This document shows, piece after piece, positions 60,782-64,000 of a stretch of 64,000 nt of DNA. The stretch lies in assembly GCA_963704885.1 (NCBI GenBank), contig CAVPIB010000004.1, positions 1 to 64,000 on the forward strand, read 5' to 3'. Numbering within the stretch: position 1 is the stretch's first letter; every line of letters starts with the position of its first letter. The notes beneath the pieces are model-generated. The model searched no databases. It was not told the origin of the DNA and was given only the letters and a program-made list of their open reading frames with translations. The DNA comes from an uncultured Actinomycetes bacterium. GTDB taxonomy: Bacteria > Actinomycetota > UBA4738 > HRBIN12. Both the position numbers and the translations under genes were made by a program.

Positions 60782-62650
60782 GTGGACCTCCACCTGACGC
60801 CGTCGGCTCCGACAGACCAGGAGCGGGCCGCGGTCGACGCTCACCTTGGGCCCCCAGATACCGGGTGGGTGGGTGGCCCTCGCGACGGAGGTGTCGAGAC
60901 GCGGTTCGTGCGCGGCGGCAGTGCGGCCCGCGCGCAGCGGGATCTCCTGCTCCCGGCGTTGCATGCACTGCAGGCGGGGGTGGGATGGATCAGCGAGGGC
61001 GGCTTGAACTACGTCTGCCAGCGCCTGACCGTTCCTCCGGCCGAGGCCTACGGGGTCGCGACGTTCTACGCGATGTTCAGTGTGGTGCCTCGACCGGAGA
61101 CGGTGGTTCACGTTTGCGACGATCTCGCGTGCCGGGTGACGGGCGCGATCGAGCTCTGTGCCGCCCTCGAGGAGCAGGTCGGAGTGGAGGGCACGCCGAC
61201 CGCCGACGGATCCGCCACCTGGCAACGCAGTCCGTGTCTGGGGATGTGTGATCAGGCCCCGGCCGTACTAGGCCAGCGGACCGGTCGGCCCGACGTCGCC
61301 CTCGGTGGAGCGACAGCCGCATCGTTCGATGCGATCGTCCGGCCGGACTCGACCGTGGTGTGTGCGGGTGCCGACACAGCGCCACAGACCTGGGATCCCG
61401 CAACGCGCGCCGGCCTCCGGCTGCTGCGCCGTGTGGGCACCGCGGACCCTTCGTCGATCGACGACTATCGGGCGAACGGCGGCTACGAAGCGCTCCCGCG
61501 GGCGCGCGAGCTAGGTCCCGAAGGCGTGATCCGCGAGGTCACGGACGCGAAGCTGCTCGGTCGCGGGGGCGCGGCGTTCCCAGCCGGCGTCAAGTGGAAG
61601 GCTGTAGCGGAACAGGCCGCACGTCCTCACTACTTCGTCTGCAACGCGGACGAGTCCGAGCCGGGCACGTTCAAGGACCGGGTGGTCATGGAGCAGGACC
61701 CGTTCGCGGTGATCGAGGCGCTGACGATCGCGGGGTATGCCACCGGGTGCGAGCGGGGCTACATCTACATCCGGGGGGAGTATCCGCTCGCCACGGAGCG
61801 GCTGGAGAACGCGATCGCAGAGGCCCACCGGTGTGGTTTCCTTGGAGGCGACGTCATGGACGCGGGGTTCGCGTTCGACATCGAGCTCCGGCGCGGCGCC
61901 GGAGCATACATCTGCGGCGAGGAGACGGCGCTCTTCAACTCGATCGAGGGCAAGCGCGGCGAGCCCCGGAACAAGCCACCGTTCCCAGTGCAGCGCGGCG
62001 TGTTCGGCAAACCCACGGGTATCAACAACGTCGAGACGCTGATCAACGTGCTGGAGATCATGCGGATCGGTGGTCAGGCGTACGCCGAGATCGGCACCGA
62101 GGGCTCGACGGGACCCCGGCTCTTCTGCCTGAGCGGGACCGTGGCGCGCCCGGGCTTGTACGAGGTCGAGTCCGGCGCAACGTTGCGCCAGGTCCTCGAC
62201 CTGGCCGGAGGGATCCAGGGAACGCCGAAGGCGATCCTCCTCGGGGGTGCAGCGGGCGGGTTCGTCCCTCCCGAGGACCTGGACATCAAGCTCACGTTCG
62301 AGGACGCGCGCGAGGGCGGGTACACGCTCGGCTCGGGCGTCGTCATGGCGTTCAACGATCCGGTGGACCTGGTCGACATCGTGCTCCGCATCGCGCGGTT
62401 CTTCCGCGACGAGTCGTGCGGACAATGCGTCCCTTGCAGGGTCGGCACCGTCCGCCAGGAGGAGGCGCTGCACCGGTTGGCTCAAGGCAGCGCCCTTGGT
62501 TCGCGCGCGCAGGAGCTCGCGCTGATCGACGAGATCGCTCAGGTCATGCGCGACGCGTCGATCTGTGGCCTGGGCCAGACGGCAGCCTCCGCCGTGCAGT
62601 CTGCGGTGCAACGGCTGCGTCTCTTCGACGGCCAGGACGTGAGCGCATGA
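60782..62650 (+). CDS. Fused NuoE/NuoF-like diaphorase subunit of an NAD-linked formate dehydrogenase
   Basis: GVATFY, CDDLAC, CLGMC; GRGGAAFP, NADESEPG, GAYICGEETAL, ESCGQCVPCR, SICGLG. Confidence 0.92.
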   Translation: MDLHLTPSAPTDQERAAVDAHLGPPDTGWVGGPRDGGVETRFVRGGSAARAQRDLLLPALHALQAGVGWISEGGLNYVCQRLTVPPAEAYGVATFYAMFSVVPRPETVVHVCDDLACRVTGAIELCAALEEQVGVEGTPTADGSATWQRSPCLGMCDQAPAVLGQRTGRPDVALGGATAASFDAIVRPDSTVVCAGADTAPQTWDPATRAGLRLLRRVGTADPSSIDDYRANGGYEALPRARELGPEGVIREVTDAKLLGRGGAAFPAGVKWKAVAEQAARPHYFVCNADESEPGTFKDRVVMEQDPFAVIEALTIAGYATGCERGYIYIRGEYPLATERLENAIAEAHRCGFLGGDVMDAGFAFDIELRRGAGAYICGEETALFNSIEGKRGEPRNKPPFPVQRGVFGKPTGINNVETLINVLEIMRIGGQAYAEIGTEGSTGPRLFCLSGTVARPGLYEVESGATLRQVLDLAGGIQGTPKAILLGGAAGGFVPPEDLDIKLTFEDAREGGYTLGSGVVMAFNDPVDLVDIVLRIARFFRDESCGQCVPCRVGTVRQEEALHRLAQGSALGSRAQELALIDEIAQVMRDASICGLGQTAASAVQSAVQRLRLFDGQDVSA

Positions 62651-63624
62651 GCCAGGCTGTGCCGCTGGACCCGCCCCGTCGTTTGCTCGACCTCGAGGTC
62701 GACGGGCAACCGGTGAGGGTCGCGGAGGGTGCCACGATCCTCGACGCCTGTCGTGCGCAGGGGATAGACACGCCCACCCTGTGCTACGCCGACAACCTCA
62801 CCCCGGTGAACGCGTGCCGCGTGTGTGTGGTCGAGGTGGAAGGTGCTCGGACGCTCGTTCCCTCCTGCAGTCGCCAGGCCGAGGACGGGATGAAGGTCAA
62901 GACAGACACCGAGCGCGTGGCGCACTCCCGCAAGCTGGTGATGGAGTTCCTGGCGTCGAGCGTGGAGACGGAGCTCGCCGGTCCAGATGTGCACCGTTGG
63001 ATGGGGGAGTACGAGGTGGATCCCGATCGCTTCGGTGCACGGATGGTGCAGCTTCCGGCCGGGGAGCGCGATGAACGATGGGCCGGCCATCATCACGACC
63101 CGCCCGATCCCTCGGTGGCGGAGTCCGTCGCTCAGCCCGTGAAGATCGACAATGAGTTGTACGTCCGCGATTACTCGAAGTGCATCCTGTGCTACAAGTG
63201 CGTCGAGGCTTGTGGGGTGGACGCGCAGAACACGTTCGCGATCGCGGTCGCCGGGCGTGGGTTCGACGCCCGGATCTCGACCGAGTACGCCGTCCCGCTC
63301 AACGAGTCTGCTTGCGTCTACTGCGGGAATTGCATCGGCGTGTGTCCCACAGGCGCCTTGATGTTCACGAGCGAGCACGACAAGCGCGAGGACGGAACCT
63401 GGGACGAGTCCTCTCAGTCGGTCGTCGACACGATCTGTCCTTACTGCGGTGTCGGGTGCGAGCTCGAGCTTCACGTCCAGGACAACGAGATCGTCAAGGT
63501 CACCTCATCCTGGGACAACGACATCACCAGCGGCCATCTCTGCATCAAGGGACGATTCGGGTTCGCGTTCGTCCAAGCTCGGAAGGGCGACGATCCTGCG
63601 GTGCGGAAGCGTGAGCGAGACTAG
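62647..63624 (+). CDS. Fe-S subunit (2Fe-2S, 2x4Fe-4S, Mo-bisPGD-type 4Fe-4S domain), equivalent to the N-terminus of FdsA/NuoG-type proteins
   Basis: PTLC...CRVC...C; CILCYKCVEAC; CVYCGNCIGVCP; CPYCGVGC...LCIKGRFG. Confidence 0.9.
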   Translation: MSQAVPLDPPRRLLDLEVDGQPVRVAEGATILDACRAQGIDTPTLCYADNLTPVNACRVCVVEVEGARTLVPSCSRQAEDGMKVKTDTERVAHSRKLVMEFLASSVETELAGPDVHRWMGEYEVDPDRFGARMVQLPAGERDERWAGHHHDPPDPSVAESVAQPVKIDNELYVRDYSKCILCYKCVEACGVDAQNTFAIAVAGRGFDARISTEYAVPLNESACVYCGNCIGVCPTGALMFTSEHDKREDGTWDESSQSVVDTICPYCGVGCELELHVQDNEIVKVTSSWDNDITSGHLCIKGRFGFAFVQARKGDDPAVRKRERD

Positions 63625-64000
63625 TCTGACCCAGACTACTGGCGGTACGACGGGGATCGTGCTGGCCGGTGGGCGCTCGACCAGGTTCGGCAGCGACAAG
63701 CTCACAGCGCAGTATCAGGGTGCGCCACTCCTGCACGGCGCGGTCACGCGACTAGCCGGGGTGTGTGACGAGGTCGTCGTGGTCCTCTCGCCGAACGGTG
63801 CCGAACCCCCCCTTCCCTCGGACGCTCGCGTCCGGTTCACGCGCGACGCGACCGAAGGGGAGGGCCCGCTCGCCGGCTTATACACCGGGCTGATGGCGGT
63901 CCGCACCGAGCTGACCCTGGTGGCCGGCGGAGACATGCCCGATCTCCAGACAGCCGTGCTCGTCGAGATGCTACGCGTCGCCCAGGAGGATGGTGTAGAC
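63611..64000 (+). CDS. mobA: Molybdenum cofactor guanylyltransferase (runs off the window)
   Basis: Read manually from GTG 63611: GIVLAGGRSTRFGSDK...EGPLAG...GDMP. Confidence 0.85.
   Translation, partial: MSETSLTQTTGGTTGIVLAGGRSTRFGSDKLTAQYQGAPLLHGAVTRLAGVCDEVVVVLSPNGAEPPLPSDARVRFTRDATEGEGPLAGLYTGLMAVRTELTLVAGGDMPDLQTAVLVEMLRVAQEDGVD

Overview
High-GC chromosomal segment, most likely from an Actinomycetota genome (WhiB, F420-type enzymes, mycothiol-type MDMPI protein, PimB-like GT4, GAAC-N4-GTTC SOS box). Scattered single-base frameshifts, densest in the first 5 kb, look like long-read or MAG consensus errors. Left to right: a surface-polysaccharide-type region (GH26, Wzy/O-antigen-ligase-like, RDD, GMC oxidoreductase plus Tat partner); a suf operon; an ECF sigma/anti-sigma pair; metH; korAB; small genes; a divergent pair made of a secreted HEXXH protein and a ~1570-aa SARP-kinase-cyclase-TM-propeller-SBP5 transducer, with 11-bp-phased repeats between them; a SOS-box-controlled DEDD/GIY-YIG gene; hddA-gmhA; the pimB-SRPBCC-ArsA-glucokinase block; and a folate/C1 cluster (5-FCL, two tandem GcvT-like genes, split FTCD, fhs) next to a selenocysteine formate dehydrogenase (in-frame TGA plus SECIS-like hairpin) whose N-terminal Fe-S module sits in a separate downstream gene. 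No rRNA, tRNA, CRISPR or mobile element was recognised. All calls come from motif reading only; no database searches were run.
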